A stretch of DNA of 64,000 nucleotides from a virus (taxonomy: Duplodnaviria; Caudoviricetes). The first letter of the stretch is position 1; every line of letters begins with the position of its first letter. A program made the translations under genes and the position numbers. The DNA lies in IMG/VR virus record IMGVR_UViG_3300029288_004207, positions 16,563-80,562 of that record; one strand, written 5' to 3'. Of the stretch, positions 18,101 through 25,964 are shown in pieces. The notes under the pieces are model-generated. The model was not told where the DNA came from. It saw only the letters and a list, made by a program, of their open reading frames with translations, and searched no databases.

Positions 18101-18935
18101 TGTGAATGGTAAGAAAAAAGTTATAGAAGTATTTGCCGAACATTGGAAAGTAGTAAAATATGGAAGTGTAGAAAATTATATAAAATTAAGGAGTGAAAGA
18201 TTTAAAAATATAGGTTATCAGTCGTTATTTATAAAAAATAAAGAATTTAATGATTTAGAAACATTGCAACATAAAATTATGAATTTTGTCTATAATCCTA
18301 AAACAGAATTAGTAAAAGTAGTAAAGATAGAAACTATATATAAAGAATTACAAGATGTTTATAATTTAGAGGTACAAGATAATAATAATTATTTTGTATA
18401 TGGGATATTAGTACATAATTGTGTTGGCGGGAATCCGCCTACTGATATAGAGAATCTTGACTTGGGGTTCGTGAAGATAAATATCCGATTCGCAAGTGGT
18501 GAACCTCTGATAGAGTTTGTCCAAGATGAAGATGCCAATGCTGGACAAAAATCTCAAACAATCGGCATGGGTAGAGGTCAAATACCTGTAGAAGATTGGC
18601 AGGAAGCAAAAGATAGAGGGGTAAAATATAAGGATTTTATTAAGCAGTATCGTAGTGGAACAAAATCAGCCCCACAATCTTTAATAGAAGAAATAGGAAT
18701 AGCTGAAGAAAAACCTAGAGATAAAATGCAAGAACTTGCTAGACTTATTATTCAAGCGAGTGATGAAGAAAAACAGGCACAAGAAGAAGAAAGCCAAAGA
18801 TTTTTAGAAGAAGCCAAAAAACCAGCTAAAAATTGGTGGGATGAACCTATGTATGAAAATATTGGTCAAACAAGTAATGCGAGATATTATAGGGGAAGAA
18901 GGATACCATCAGCTAATATAGAGGTAGATATTTAG
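9108..18935 (+). CDS. 3275-aa polyvalent protein: Pro/Thr repeats, helical repeat region, NUDIX-like domain, HAD (FCP1/NIF-like) domain, intein
   Basis: GAGGA RBS; TDAMLRGLSEQL-type repeats (~12530-13960); YDLPGGG...EIWEELGL (~15530-15870); FDLDKTLV...LVDDR (~16030-16320). Confidence 0.85.
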   Translation: MALPVNLFGIPIKPPPPTPPTPPTTPTPAPTYSPTQVAQNIQQKVQQAEATGKTYAEVANVSPTPPTPPTTPTPAPTYSPTQVAQNIQQKVQQAEATGKTYAEVANVSPTPPTPPTTPTPAPTYSPTQVAQNIQQKVQQVEVANVKVVEPSNIIYVLKTTNPDKFTVRVDNGDNTYKQVQMSRQEIIDAGGEIPVVGEAWKEINNPLSNKMFSTPNAITETDINNAYKELGLEIPDFISAPRNKKNMILDGDNAGMLDGFFDEDGIALYEHPGQFSNVESAIKYENTIKDPIAKEAWENAFVAYWGKLPSEIVYTLPNDKEKAISALGYKSVDDPELVALLERYKSNPEAEEFKTEANGGTMSIAKKTLLSFLADVPYDAVKDYQSSIIRVGTDITSGTFSQMVASEYARKHNMSFADVSQMIRDAVNGKENANVNKLSASEKEAFNNLVTRWSAGADYITKTEADNIKELDPEGYDLLLKKGLDAYQLRQETIASSFEPYVLATGADGSKQYGLMKMVDAYNKNELSKKQIELILGKDALDKILKISDEVNSIKKDFESQIVDTLPPNLQEDYRKGLSKNNLDEFQENYLSYITSQQERYQKYQDAVDTLTELGYKKIIPSYSPTQVAQNIQQKVQQAEATGKTYAEVANVSPTPPTPHNLGNAPISTQEQATQFVEGGVVYYDIPSYLRDTKTKDYKVNPVSVLVLENLFGGDKEAAKPIIDSAQKQLDYLSTTINHLQNDKLDNAQVEALRKALIGVVGQPFNADEAWFLNADDLMKLRAEAPELQRELDDALVKTNAEQSLKEFLGKLSQGDLEKVADIWSYDVERYSPFAQTVTAYNEAINKTPLAKWAKMPVYFTPVGMGLAATESVAGLVSPYTISDEAIVRQIDDNYTYLNSTDKLDAEVNDILAKALKDNDIKVDEENALQTYKSLDDSQKTKVIKEYTRNMLGLDPSVMDKIMTGAMVIAAAIGFKGQVLNPIVSNIISKYGIKAPEFLKSLNKLSDLGSRVLHVPITGLFIAGSVPTITNPKVALDDKVMAIVFDFMMLRGLGGGLIGATKVGFKRPTTEISPKIPSIEMAVDKVTSKVASPEVLIDISLSARRSANLHDISYNFGEAVAYMKNIPTATVKALSLAILNTTETMSRAGQVLRLNMANMTDAVLRSVSQTMLEASESLNALYTAVRNGTITDAMAREISGKLLQANESINDVINSVKTGISETYDATLKGLSKSLLDTSENINSIIKSIKETGGKLTDEALSNISKGLLDAEEWIGKTSELLKTKYSELTDEAIRNLSEDLLNISDKITSVKDYIAKGELTDAMLRGLSEQLLKVSDSSNSAWEVIKTKVSDVTDATLRGVSEKMLETSESVENAIKSVKDTAGKFTDNTIKDLSKALLDISELVNKTIENVNTKYNQVSDAILKDVSLRLLEISNKLNEIYQSVIDGTITDAMLRGLSEQLMSVSDFTNGALNTLKTKYEAITDKLLRDTSKQLLEVSDNFNKVITALKKAPSDARDGILRQISEQSLKANEALTNTVNHIKNAVGNANDAVILKLSQGLLDASESLTKMYDYIAKGELTDDILRNTSKQLMKVSDTINQSREVVKALAQGVWEYTTEILPENIKAGIRSPYYKAIDTLSSDISEISSGFKDAMSGKPKADHWVRFAQERNRALEDNMEAVAGVTTQQAKKDLEETPEYDIDESRWQLTGIIPKTYRAIEARISPRTSAGHVYALTADVGRENIPKGMSQLTARQLTQDVEQAQLTSKIPANRVRALEGTGLQEDGTIEVNKLPNGTIDVVFKTRDGDVWGRVSGMQRVLGDVLYNGTANGNVILAQILKNGIEKTYKTATPQEKVLLDNLMKNGADEIAFSYDPNAYDSVLKKFINNPEYKDILKKVNDNAYHEVRDYYVNTAGEKVPVSRAFEWESQQIAQAFTARGHGDPVVAPMVFATRTTPKDFLETMPDKPLDNRANAMRKAFEEMNKSGLLDKDKIYNIFKVYQGQVEYELVKPLGFETSVAKPTSYAGGENALFPSTFVTSMFDYHGLGHQIRTGDKIPIIWMTTKNAKESGLGVPTRGEIYLGKILGDLTLARQRLPWNWRFREEDKYSEDDVTVNNPLMSGIKQITLKARPEDAEAGRVSAIIRDNNGRVLLVKTKGGSTYDLPGGGVNKRGIGGIIKEHPDNAMKAEIWEELGLNTDKLNYIGTIESRFTNKSPKENFRIYEADVSGKIKDAGVEVADYIWWDGKKDVKLSEFTKEALQRASERATEIDELVAKDVYTNIADTLMKKYGKSKAPDWDSIYEKIRNKNHIVFDLDKTLVDSNGKLLKGAKEFVDRLKKEGKQVSLWTHSTSERANRILDRAGLSNYFDNVVTREQYEPTGKNPNAFKDINKIKGDVLVDDRFEGFIKEADIVNEIKQKVDSGETQKEINNNEKRINEILEELNKTTEQKRKQQLMEELDQLNIDNIITKKEADIAKDIDNIKQEAKEKGINEDELIRDKLMDRVIEDIDPYRDARRELRYRREKYPEQELILAERDRLPIETDESRKLLDYGLEDYTKSSDEDMESFAKSFDERELGLKEKREEPVLKITKEEEPVTTEPEEEITPTELEEEKIPPQKPEEEIIPPPPEKEIIPPPPEKEIIPPPPFKGFIKARDSSGKEVDLEIKPGSVVWIQGRPKAKGSGNAPMYKISLPPYTDETLYTSRENPPGYKDMGWEGKGSARASIQCFPKGTKILIRQKRLNNNQYNRKSSYSYVPSDMAIDKIKIGDYALSYNEKTGEKEFKEIKNIFKRQTDKFVKIYLFNGNEIICTPEHPIAINVKGKIEWIEAKELQNGYEILQYQYSGLYMRLSQIPNKGKTLEEIYGEEKGKEIKRKISEHHSRHNLGRIFSEEHRRRIGEKSRGRQFTLESRAKMSHSNKIRWDKDNGKERKERSEIFKAKWRDLKYSQATLLKMGVKFNKHEQLLSLILDHICPKEFKYNGDGNLGLSFDGIHPDFVNVNGKKKVIEVFAEHWKVVKYGSVENYIKLRSERFKNIGYQSLFIKNKEFNDLETLQHKIMNFVYNPKTELVKVVKIETIYKELQDVYNLEVQDNNNYFVYGILVHNCVGGNPPTDIENLDLGFVKINIRFASGEPLIEFVQDEDANAGQKSQTIGMGRGQIPVEDWQEAKDRGVKYKDFIKQYRSGTKSAPQSLIEEIGIAEEKPRDKMQELARLIIQASDEEKQAQEEESQRFLEEAKKPAKNWWDEPMYENIGQTSNARYYRGRRIPSANIEVDI
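9154..9525 (+). repeat. 138-bp (46-aa) coding tandem repeat, ~2.7 copies
   Basis: TATAGTCCAACACAGG recurs at 9201, 9339 and 9477. Confidence 0.95.
10973..11085 (+). repeat. 113-bp exact ectopic copy of 9200-9312
   Basis: Identical by base-by-base comparison. Confidence 0.9.
16974..17048 (+). repeat. 27-bp tandem repeat (EIIPPPPEK) x2.8
   Basis: Units start at 16974, 17001 and 17028. Confidence 0.95.
17289..18419 (+). mobile_element. 377-aa intein carrying NUMOD3 plus a Vsr/DUF559-like endonuclease
   Basis: Starts CFPKGTKI, block B CTPEHP, ends VYNLEVQDNNNYFVYGILVHN with Cys at +1; internal IHPDF..KKVIEVFAEHW..GYQSLFI. Confidence 0.9.
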
Positions 18936-19975
18936 TGAAAGAAATTACAAATAAAATATTAAGAGTGATAATCTCTACGTTTTTAGCGTTGGGGTTTGTT
19001 TTTATGTCACATACTCCCGTATTGGCAATATCAAATCCTGATACTATAGCGTTTGGTAGTAGTACCACATATTATAAGATATTTTATAATGTACTAGAAA
19101 ATGATGATTGGCTTATTGTGGCAGAAGGATATGTGTATTATGCCGTTCCACCAACTGATTATTCGGCAAGTGAGGCTTTTACTTTTGAACTTCTTTCTGC
19201 TGATGGACTAACAACTTATGCTGCAACTCCATTACAATCTTACGGTGATAGACCTATAGGAATTTATCTTTCGGCTAACCAAACTGCTACATTAGGATTA
19301 ACAATAGGTAGTGGCTATAAAGTGCGTATTATGGGCAACCCGCTTATATTTGCTTCACCGACAGGCAGTAGTGTTGATGCCACTTTAGGTTCTTCTAGTT
19401 ATATAGACCAATTGTTAGGTGATGATGGAGGTATTCCTACAAGTAATCCTTTAAGAAATGGGATGATAACTGTAGCGCAGAATATGGAAGCAAATGATAT
19501 TCCTATTGATTCCTATCTTGTTACAGTACAAGGTTATCAGTATTTATCGGTTGGCGGGGCTGATTTATTCTTAGAAGGGATACCTAGTTTGTCATTGATG
19601 TGTCCGATATTATTTTCTACTGGTATAGATGTTATAGAATCTGATGCTTCTGAATATACTGGTGCTTATGAACAAACTCTTAATCCATTACAAAAATGGG
19701 GTACTACGGTATCAAATGGATTAACTGCATTAGGCTCTTTTATGGGGATAAATCAAGCATTGGCTGGTAGTGTTGTATTATTCGTTATAGTTATTATGTT
19801 TGCTGTTTTTATTTATTCCAAAACAGAGAGTGGTATTACGGTATTGCTAATGGTTTCTGCAACGCCATTTTTAGGTGCATATTTAGGATTGATGCCGATG
19901 GCATTAGCTTTTATATTTGTTATTATTATAGTAACATTATTGGGGTACTTCTTTTTCTCCAGAGGTGCTTTATGA
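18935..19975 (+). CDS. membrane-anchored exported protein, putative virion envelope/end protein
   Basis: N-terminal signal peptide; three to four C-terminal TM helices. Confidence 0.65.
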   Translation: MKEITNKILRVIISTFLALGFVFMSHTPVLAISNPDTIAFGSSTTYYKIFYNVLENDDWLIVAEGYVYYAVPPTDYSASEAFTFELLSADGLTTYAATPLQSYGDRPIGIYLSANQTATLGLTIGSGYKVRIMGNPLIFASPTGSSVDATLGSSSYIDQLLGDDGGIPTSNPLRNGMITVAQNMEANDIPIDSYLVTVQGYQYLSVGGADLFLEGIPSLSLMCPILFSTGIDVIESDASEYTGAYEQTLNPLQKWGTTVSNGLTALGSFMGINQALAGSVVLFVIVIMFAVFIYSKTESGITVLLMVSATPFLGAYLGLMPMALAFIFVIIIVTLLGYFFFSRGAL

Positions 19976-22677
19976 GTTTATTTAATAGATTCAAAAAGGC
20001 TTTTATAATAGCATTTATATTAACGATTTGTACTGCTGGCGTAGTATATGCTGCTTGGGAATATAAATATCCAACAATAATTACAGATAATTCATCTGTA
20101 ACGAGAACTTATGTTCCTGTAGTATTGGGATGGAAAGGGCAAACATTTGTAGATGCTGGCAAGATAAATTCATCTGCTAATAATACTAATATGCAAATAG
20201 GCGGAACATCACTTAAATATATGATAGCTACGGATAATGTCGCTTGTGTGATTCCAAGTTTAGGGGGTAATGGACAGCAGACTGTTGATTTTTATACAGG
20301 ATATTCACCTATACAAACATCATTTCCAATAGTTCTTGGTAATGATGGTTATGTTTCTATAAAAGATAATGTTGGAATAGAGTTAGGTTTAAATAGTACA
20401 AGCATCTTTAATGGTTATTTGGATACTACGGCTGCGGCATCCCGCTACGATGTGAAGAAACTTGGGGCATTTATAGCCGGAATAAGCACGACTACAGCAG
20501 GCACGGTTGAGGCATCGGTTTATAATGTTTGGCCTATTATTGCCGCATCTGGCACTAGTTCATCAGCTTCCGGCACTTCACATGCTGTTTCCGTAGGCTC
20601 GCCGACCGTGGGGGAACTCTCGGTAATATTTGCTAATTATTACAGTTTGGTCAATTCACCGACTATCACTTGGGCAAGCGACTATATTGAAATATTCCAA
20701 AAAACATCAAATGACGGTGCTGGTCATTATCAAACATCCGGCGCCGCTTACAAAGTAGCAACAGGTTCAGAAGGCGCAAGTGTGACTGTGACTACGAGTG
20801 TTGCGTCTACAGGTACTTATGGCTATTATCGCATTACAGCAGGTACTTATTCTACGTATATCACATCCGGCACGGCGGCAACTGGAAATTCAGTTAATCC
20901 TAACCCTCCGTCTTGCACATCAACCTATGTCAATGCTAATTGTCTCTATATCGCTGTTTCTGCCAGTACCTACAACGGAGTAACAACCCACTCCGTGTTG
21001 AGCTATCCTACAAATTATACTATCGGACAGATTACAGGACAGGTAGCCGGAAGTGGTGCCATAGGTATAGCTTCGTATTATCTGAATACCTCCAGTGCTG
21101 ACCCTGGAACATTTGCACTTAGTGGGTCTAACCCTTGGATAGCTCAGACCATCTGTATCTACCCCGGCAAAGCAACTGCCAGCGCAACGGGCATTACGAG
21201 TGGCGAGATGAAACGGACGTATACCATATCACCAGCTACAACCGATGTCTCGGAAACTTTTGAGTGGGGGGCTGATGGAAACTCACTGGCGACTTCTGGC
21301 GGGTCTGTGACATGGACAGTGTCGGTAGCGGGTACGAGTAAGGCAGAGATTGATACGGCACAATATTATAGTGGGTCACGTTCTGCAAGATTTTATAGAG
21401 ACGGCTCTAATAACCCAACGGCATATTTTTCTCAGTTTGTTTTGAGCTCATCACAATATGTGAGTTTTTATATTCGTAAGGACACAAATTCATACTATCA
21501 AATCGCACATGGGAATGGTTCTTATAGAGCAGTTGTCAGAATCACAGACGGCGAGGTAGTCTGTTACAGTGCTAGTGCAGTTAGCACAGGAATTTTGATA
21601 GCAGCCGATACTTGGTACAAGTTGGCTTTATCCAACTTTAATTGGACTTCTCATACATTTGACATATATATGAATGACTCTTTAATATATACTAACGCTA
21701 CTATGGATGCATCGGCTTCTTCAAGCGGACAGGTAGTTATCAATAATTTAGCCGGCACCTCGGAACTTTGGGTTGACGATATTATGACTGGAACGAATCC
21801 GTCTGTAAATATCTATATAGATGACGTGCTTAAAGACACCGAATATTTAACGAGTGGTGTGCCGGACAATACACAGAATTACCAGATGTTAACAGATGCA
21901 CCTTATACAGATAATGTAACCTTATCAGTTAATGGAACACAGCAATTATATTATTCACCTTCAGAAATGATAAAAGGAAAAACCTATTCTACGGGAAATG
22001 TATCATTAACAAATGGGGATGCAACTGTAACTGGTACTGGAACTACATGGGTGAGTTCAATGGCAGGTGGCATCTTTTATTCAACTGGTGGCGCAACGGA
22101 CAATGTGACTTATGAAATAAGTAGTATTACAGATACAACTCATCTGGAATTAACAACTGTGTATGGCGGGACTACAAATAGTAGCCAAACTTATGCTATG
22201 TATGCTCGTATACCTGATGAAGAAGCAACTGGAGGGGATAATAGTGGAGCAGTGGTTTGGGGAAGTAATTCTAATGTAGTTATAAGCTACGGTGAAATGG
22301 TAAGTTATGCGAGTACCAGCGCAAGTACAAATGAAACATTGATAGGTTTTAATTCACCAGATTCGCCTTTGCCTTCTACTTGGTTTGCAAGTGGGGAAAA
22401 TATAGAGAATCTACCATTTTATGATTCATTTATAGGGGTTTCAGCCAGTACTGGTCAACCTATTCAGACAATTTACTTTATTGCTATAATAGGTTTTGCT
22501 TTTGGAGCTTTTTTATTATTAACTATGTTTACTAGGTCAGCGTTATTAGGTGCAATCGGATTTAATGTTGTATTATTTATAGGTAGTAGTATGACGATAA
22601 TACCGATGTGGATACCATTCGCGACTTTAATTGTTATGTTGGGCATAATGTATCTTTATAGGCAGGTGGCATATTAG
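19972..22677 (+). CDS. 901-aa spike/adhesin-like protein (beta-rich, LamG-like segment, C-terminal TMs)
   Basis: Signal peptide, S/T/G-rich beta ectodomain, GTGTTW motif, three C-terminal hydrophobic helices. Confidence 0.65.
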   Translation: MSLFNRFKKAFIIAFILTICTAGVVYAAWEYKYPTIITDNSSVTRTYVPVVLGWKGQTFVDAGKINSSANNTNMQIGGTSLKYMIATDNVACVIPSLGGNGQQTVDFYTGYSPIQTSFPIVLGNDGYVSIKDNVGIELGLNSTSIFNGYLDTTAAASRYDVKKLGAFIAGISTTTAGTVEASVYNVWPIIAASGTSSSASGTSHAVSVGSPTVGELSVIFANYYSLVNSPTITWASDYIEIFQKTSNDGAGHYQTSGAAYKVATGSEGASVTVTTSVASTGTYGYYRITAGTYSTYITSGTAATGNSVNPNPPSCTSTYVNANCLYIAVSASTYNGVTTHSVLSYPTNYTIGQITGQVAGSGAIGIASYYLNTSSADPGTFALSGSNPWIAQTICIYPGKATASATGITSGEMKRTYTISPATTDVSETFEWGADGNSLATSGGSVTWTVSVAGTSKAEIDTAQYYSGSRSARFYRDGSNNPTAYFSQFVLSSSQYVSFYIRKDTNSYYQIAHGNGSYRAVVRITDGEVVCYSASAVSTGILIAADTWYKLALSNFNWTSHTFDIYMNDSLIYTNATMDASASSSGQVVINNLAGTSELWVDDIMTGTNPSVNIYIDDVLKDTEYLTSGVPDNTQNYQMLTDAPYTDNVTLSVNGTQQLYYSPSEMIKGKTYSTGNVSLTNGDATVTGTGTTWVSSMAGGIFYSTGGATDNVTYEISSITDTTHLELTTVYGGTTNSSQTYAMYARIPDEEATGGDNSGAVVWGSNSNVVISYGEMVSYASTSASTNETLIGFNSPDSPLPSTWFASGENIENLPFYDSFIGVSASTGQPIQTIYFIAIIGFAFGAFLLLTMFTRSALLGAIGFNVVLFIGSSMTIIPMWIPFATLIVMLGIMYLYRQVAY

Positions 22678-23546
22678 TGGGTCTTAAAGCTGGATGGTTA
22701 GCGTTATTTATCTTTGTATGGATAATTGGTGCGTTCTTAGGTTCTACCTTTGAATACCAATCATCTTCAGGTGATGCTGGTTTAGCCTATACTACAGGTA
22801 CGGCTACTTTTGTAACTGATAGCCGTTGGGTAACAAGTGGTGGTGGCGCAACTTGGAATACATCAATGGAAGATGGAAATATCAAAGCTAATGCTGATAC
22901 ATCATGGACAAAAATCAAGCATGTAGGCGGTGCTTATTTATATAGCGGTACTGGTATAGTAGATAATACCCCTTTAACCCTTGATGTTGGGGTAAACGGA
23001 ATTACTGTAGACCATCTTGGATTATTATATATTGTAATTCCTGTTGGTAATACTGGAACGGCGGCAAGTAATGTTTGTACGGTAAATGGAAGCCCTGTAG
23101 CATTAGTGGCAGGAGTAAACGAAATTTCAACTTCAGGCGCAACTGGTTTAATTACGATAACTATTGTTGGTACAACGCAAATATATCTTTATTCACCCTA
23201 TCTTGGGGCTGGTGGCGCAGGAGTGGATTATACAATGGCAGTAAGTCCTGGGTGGGCAGGTACGGGTAGTGGTGGGTACGACCAAAACCCTATCACTACA
23301 TTGAATTATTTAATTAATCTCTCAAATGCTTTCCAAAAATTACCAGTATTGGGAAATATTCCATTACCTGTTCCTAATCCAGAATATTTTAAATCTGCTT
23401 TCAAAGTTGTAACATGGCAATGGTCATTTTTGAATGATTATGCTATGTTCTATTGGATATTCTGTGTTCCTTTTGTGGTTATGGGTGTGCTTAGTATGAT
23501 ATTATTAGTTTACGGGATAATCAGTGGAAACTTGGACATAGGTTGA
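22677..23546 (+). CDS. membrane-anchored beta-rich protein, putative minor virion protein
   Basis: N- and C-terminal TM helices, Gly/Thr-rich ectodomain. Confidence 0.6.
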   Translation: MGLKAGWLALFIFVWIIGAFLGSTFEYQSSSGDAGLAYTTGTATFVTDSRWVTSGGGATWNTSMEDGNIKANADTSWTKIKHVGGAYLYSGTGIVDNTPLTLDVGVNGITVDHLGLLYIVIPVGNTGTAASNVCTVNGSPVALVAGVNEISTSGATGLITITIVGTTQIYLYSPYLGAGGAGVDYTMAVSPGWAGTGSGGYDQNPITTLNYLINLSNAFQKLPVLGNIPLPVPNPEYFKSAFKVVTWQWSFLNDYAMFYWIFCVPFVVMGVLSMILLVYGIISGNLDIG

Positions 23547-23863
23547 TGAAAGTTAGTTTAAAACAGCAAGAACAAGAATTAAGAAATCAGGCTAAGAAGC
23601 GTGGTTTAAAAATAAGATATACCCCACAACTTAAAAAAACACCTTATCGTGCAATGAATCCGATGGCATCAAAAGAACTAGGTATTAAGTGTGGTAAAAA
23701 TATTATTGGTTATACGAAAAATTCAGCGAGAACTAAAAGACGTTTTGTTATGGATATGAGACATGAAATAATAGAATACGATACGATGAAAAAACGAAAG
23801 TTACATTATCCTAAAGCGCATAAAATAGCTAATAGAAAACAAAGAACTGTCGGATATATCTAA
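23543..23863 (+). CDS. basic protein with HExxE...YxxAHxxA motif
   Basis: RHEIIEY..LHYPKAHKIA; zincin-like motif, function unknown. Confidence 0.5.
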   Translation: MMKVSLKQQEQELRNQAKKRGLKIRYTPQLKKTPYRAMNPMASKELGIKCGKNIIGYTKNSARTKRRFVMDMRHEIIEYDTMKKRKLHYPKAHKIANRKQRTVGYI

Positions 23864-23888
23864 ATATTGTGTTTGCGCAACAGGCTAC

Positions 23889-23918
23889 TTGACAAATATA
23901 TAGGTATATGTATATAAT
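23889..23918 (+). promoter_or_regulatory. sigma70-type promoter of the ATPase operon
   Basis: TTGACA-18-TATAAT. Confidence 0.75.
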
Positions 23919-23967
23919 ATAAGAAAATTAGTCGGCGGTCAGCGTAGAAACTAAATAAGGTGGGTTC

Positions 23968-24525
23968 ATGAGTATACAAACTTTTATAGTATTGGTATGT
24001 ATTCTTTTAATGGGGATGGCTTGGTATGCTAATACAAGTAAAAGGGATAAGATATTAATAAGGTACAGACGAAAAAACAAAACACTAATTACTAAATTTG
24101 TTAGTATGCACAAAAAAGACCCACAACACGTTATATTTGATAATCTTCAATTTGATATTATTCCTCATTGTATAGTCTTTCAACATTACAAAAACGGTTT
24201 TATTCACATGCTATTTCCAATTTTTGTTCCCACGCTAGATTTTACTTGGAACTCTCGGTATCCTTTAGACCCCAATACTTTAGAACCTGTTATTATCAGT
24301 CCTGAAGTTAGGGCGGTTATGGATAAAGAAGAATGGATGAAATCTATGGCAAAACATACCGCACCACCATCTACCACTAAAAAACAAACCGTATTTCAGC
24401 AGTATTTACCTTGGATACTTTGTGGTGTGGCAGTATTAGGTATTTTTTATCTTTATACACAAGTAGCTGAATTAAAATCTTGGGCGGAAGCTATGCAGAA
24501 TAATTTTAATGCTATAGCCAAGTAG
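23968..24525 (+). CDS. membrane protein (N- and C-terminal TM)
   Basis: Two hydrophobic segments. Confidence 0.65.
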   Translation: MSIQTFIVLVCILLMGMAWYANTSKRDKILIRYRRKNKTLITKFVSMHKKDPQHVIFDNLQFDIIPHCIVFQHYKNGFIHMLFPIFVPTLDFTWNSRYPLDPNTLEPVIISPEVRAVMDKEEWMKSMAKHTAPPSTTKKQTVFQQYLPWILCGVAVLGIFYLYTQVAELKSWAEAMQNNFNAIAK

Positions 24526-24534
24526 GAGTAAATA

Positions 24535-25050
24535 ATGGCTGATAAAAATGAGTATGACGGTGAAGAAGAATTAGAGCTTGAAGAAGATAATCAGGAAGAA
24601 TCAGAAGATGATGGGGTTCTTGATTATGATGAAGAAGCGCAAGTATTACCAGAACGCAAGATAAGTCTTGATGCAGTCCAAACTTCAAAAGAAGATGCTG
24701 GAGGTGAGGATGAAGAAGCATCGGTAAGGACTGATTTACAAGCTGGTATAAAAACAATAACGCCAAAATTTTCTAATAAGAGATTAAATGAAATACTACA
24801 GCCTATAATGCTATCAGATATTCCATCTGAACAATATATGGATTACGTTAATATGCTTTCGGTAATGTTTATGGAAGAATCTTATGATAATCCACAGGTA
24901 GATTTCATGTCTATATTGACATCAGTTAATGTAGCGGTCTCTCTTGGGCATCAAAAGAAACATGTGATAGATGTACTTGAAATGTTTGGTGCTGCCAGAG
25001 AGGATGAAATGGAAATGAAAAAATTAAGCCAGCAAATATTGGGGAGTTAA
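24535..25050 (+). CDS. acidic hypothetical protein
   Basis: AGGAG RBS; D/E-rich N-terminus. Confidence 0.7.
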   Translation: MADKNEYDGEEELELEEDNQEESEDDGVLDYDEEAQVLPERKISLDAVQTSKEDAGGEDEEASVRTDLQAGIKTITPKFSNKRLNEILQPIMLSDIPSEQYMDYVNMLSVMFMEESYDNPQVDFMSILTSVNVAVSLGHQKKHVIDVLEMFGAAREDEMEMKKLSQQILGS

Positions 25051-25057
25051 AGATTAG

Positions 25058-25963
25058 ATGGTTGCACTTAAAAACCCTGAAGCACCAGCAAGTAAAAAGC
25101 AACTGCATAAATTGGGGGAGTTGCTTAATGTAGATACAAGCAATTTTAAATTAACAATGCAACAATCATGGGATTTGATTGAATCTTTAAGTTCTGCTTT
25201 GGGAGATAATACAGAATCTATTGAAGATTTAGAATCATTAGATAATGATAACGCTTTTAGCGAAGCACATGTTCAAATTGTAGAGGGAGACCAGCGTGGC
25301 GGTAAATCTGTCTATGCTGTTAAAACGATTAAAGAAGATTGGTTAAAAGATGCCGTAAGGATATTCTGCGAAAAAGAACTAGGCATGAAATGTGAAGTTA
25401 TAATGTATTTTAGAAAAACTAGGTCAGCAAAAATAAAGATAACGTCATTTATTGAAACAAATACAGCACAATCAGATTTACAATATATAGGTAAAACTAT
25501 TTATATCAAAATACCAGAAGATTATAAATTACATTCCCCCAAAAGGATATTCAGTAATATTTATATACTTGGTATCCCATTTTATTATATATCTTCATTC
25601 AGGGAAGCACTTAGGTTACTTAAAAAAGGTTTTATTAGAAATGGATGGTTGCTGTTGGATGAGGCGCATCGTGGCATGAGCGCAAGAAATGGTATGTCAA
25701 AAATGGGTAAAGAATTTGTAGGGGAAATATATCAGTTTGGTAAATCGTTATTAGATGTTATTATAATTACACATCATGCTATAATGATAGAATCATTAGC
25801 TAGACTTATTCCTACAAAAAGAGTATATTGTTCTTATAATAAGAGAACAAAGAAAGTAAGTTGCCAAATCAGGGAAAAAGGTATTGAGGGAACTTTAGTA
25901 AAAGAATTTTATGCACCTGATTGGTGGGATAGTTATTATACTAACCAAAAGATAAGAGCGTAG
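25058..25963 (+). CDS. Zot/pI-like morphogenesis (extrusion/packaging) ATPase
   Basis: Walker A GDQRGGKS, Walker B LLLDEAH..SAR, then GKSLLDVIIITHHAIMIESLAR, matching the RHxxxDIIxxTQxxxxIDxxxR pattern; no TM seen. Confidence 0.75.
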   Translation: MVALKNPEAPASKKQLHKLGELLNVDTSNFKLTMQQSWDLIESLSSALGDNTESIEDLESLDNDNAFSEAHVQIVEGDQRGGKSVYAVKTIKEDWLKDAVRIFCEKELGMKCEVIMYFRKTRSAKIKITSFIETNTAQSDLQYIGKTIYIKIPEDYKLHSPKRIFSNIYILGIPFYYISSFREALRLLKKGFIRNGWLLLDEAHRGMSARNGMSKMGKEFVGEIYQFGKSLLDVIIITHHAIMIESLARLIPTKRVYCSYNKRTKKVSCQIREKGIEGTLVKEFYAPDWWDSYYTNQKIRA

Positions 25964-25964
25964 A

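Noticed and set aside
25058-25963. Terminase large subunit or FtsK
   Set aside because: No nuclease domain or FtsK alpha/gamma domains; motifs after Walker B fit the Zot/pI type better.
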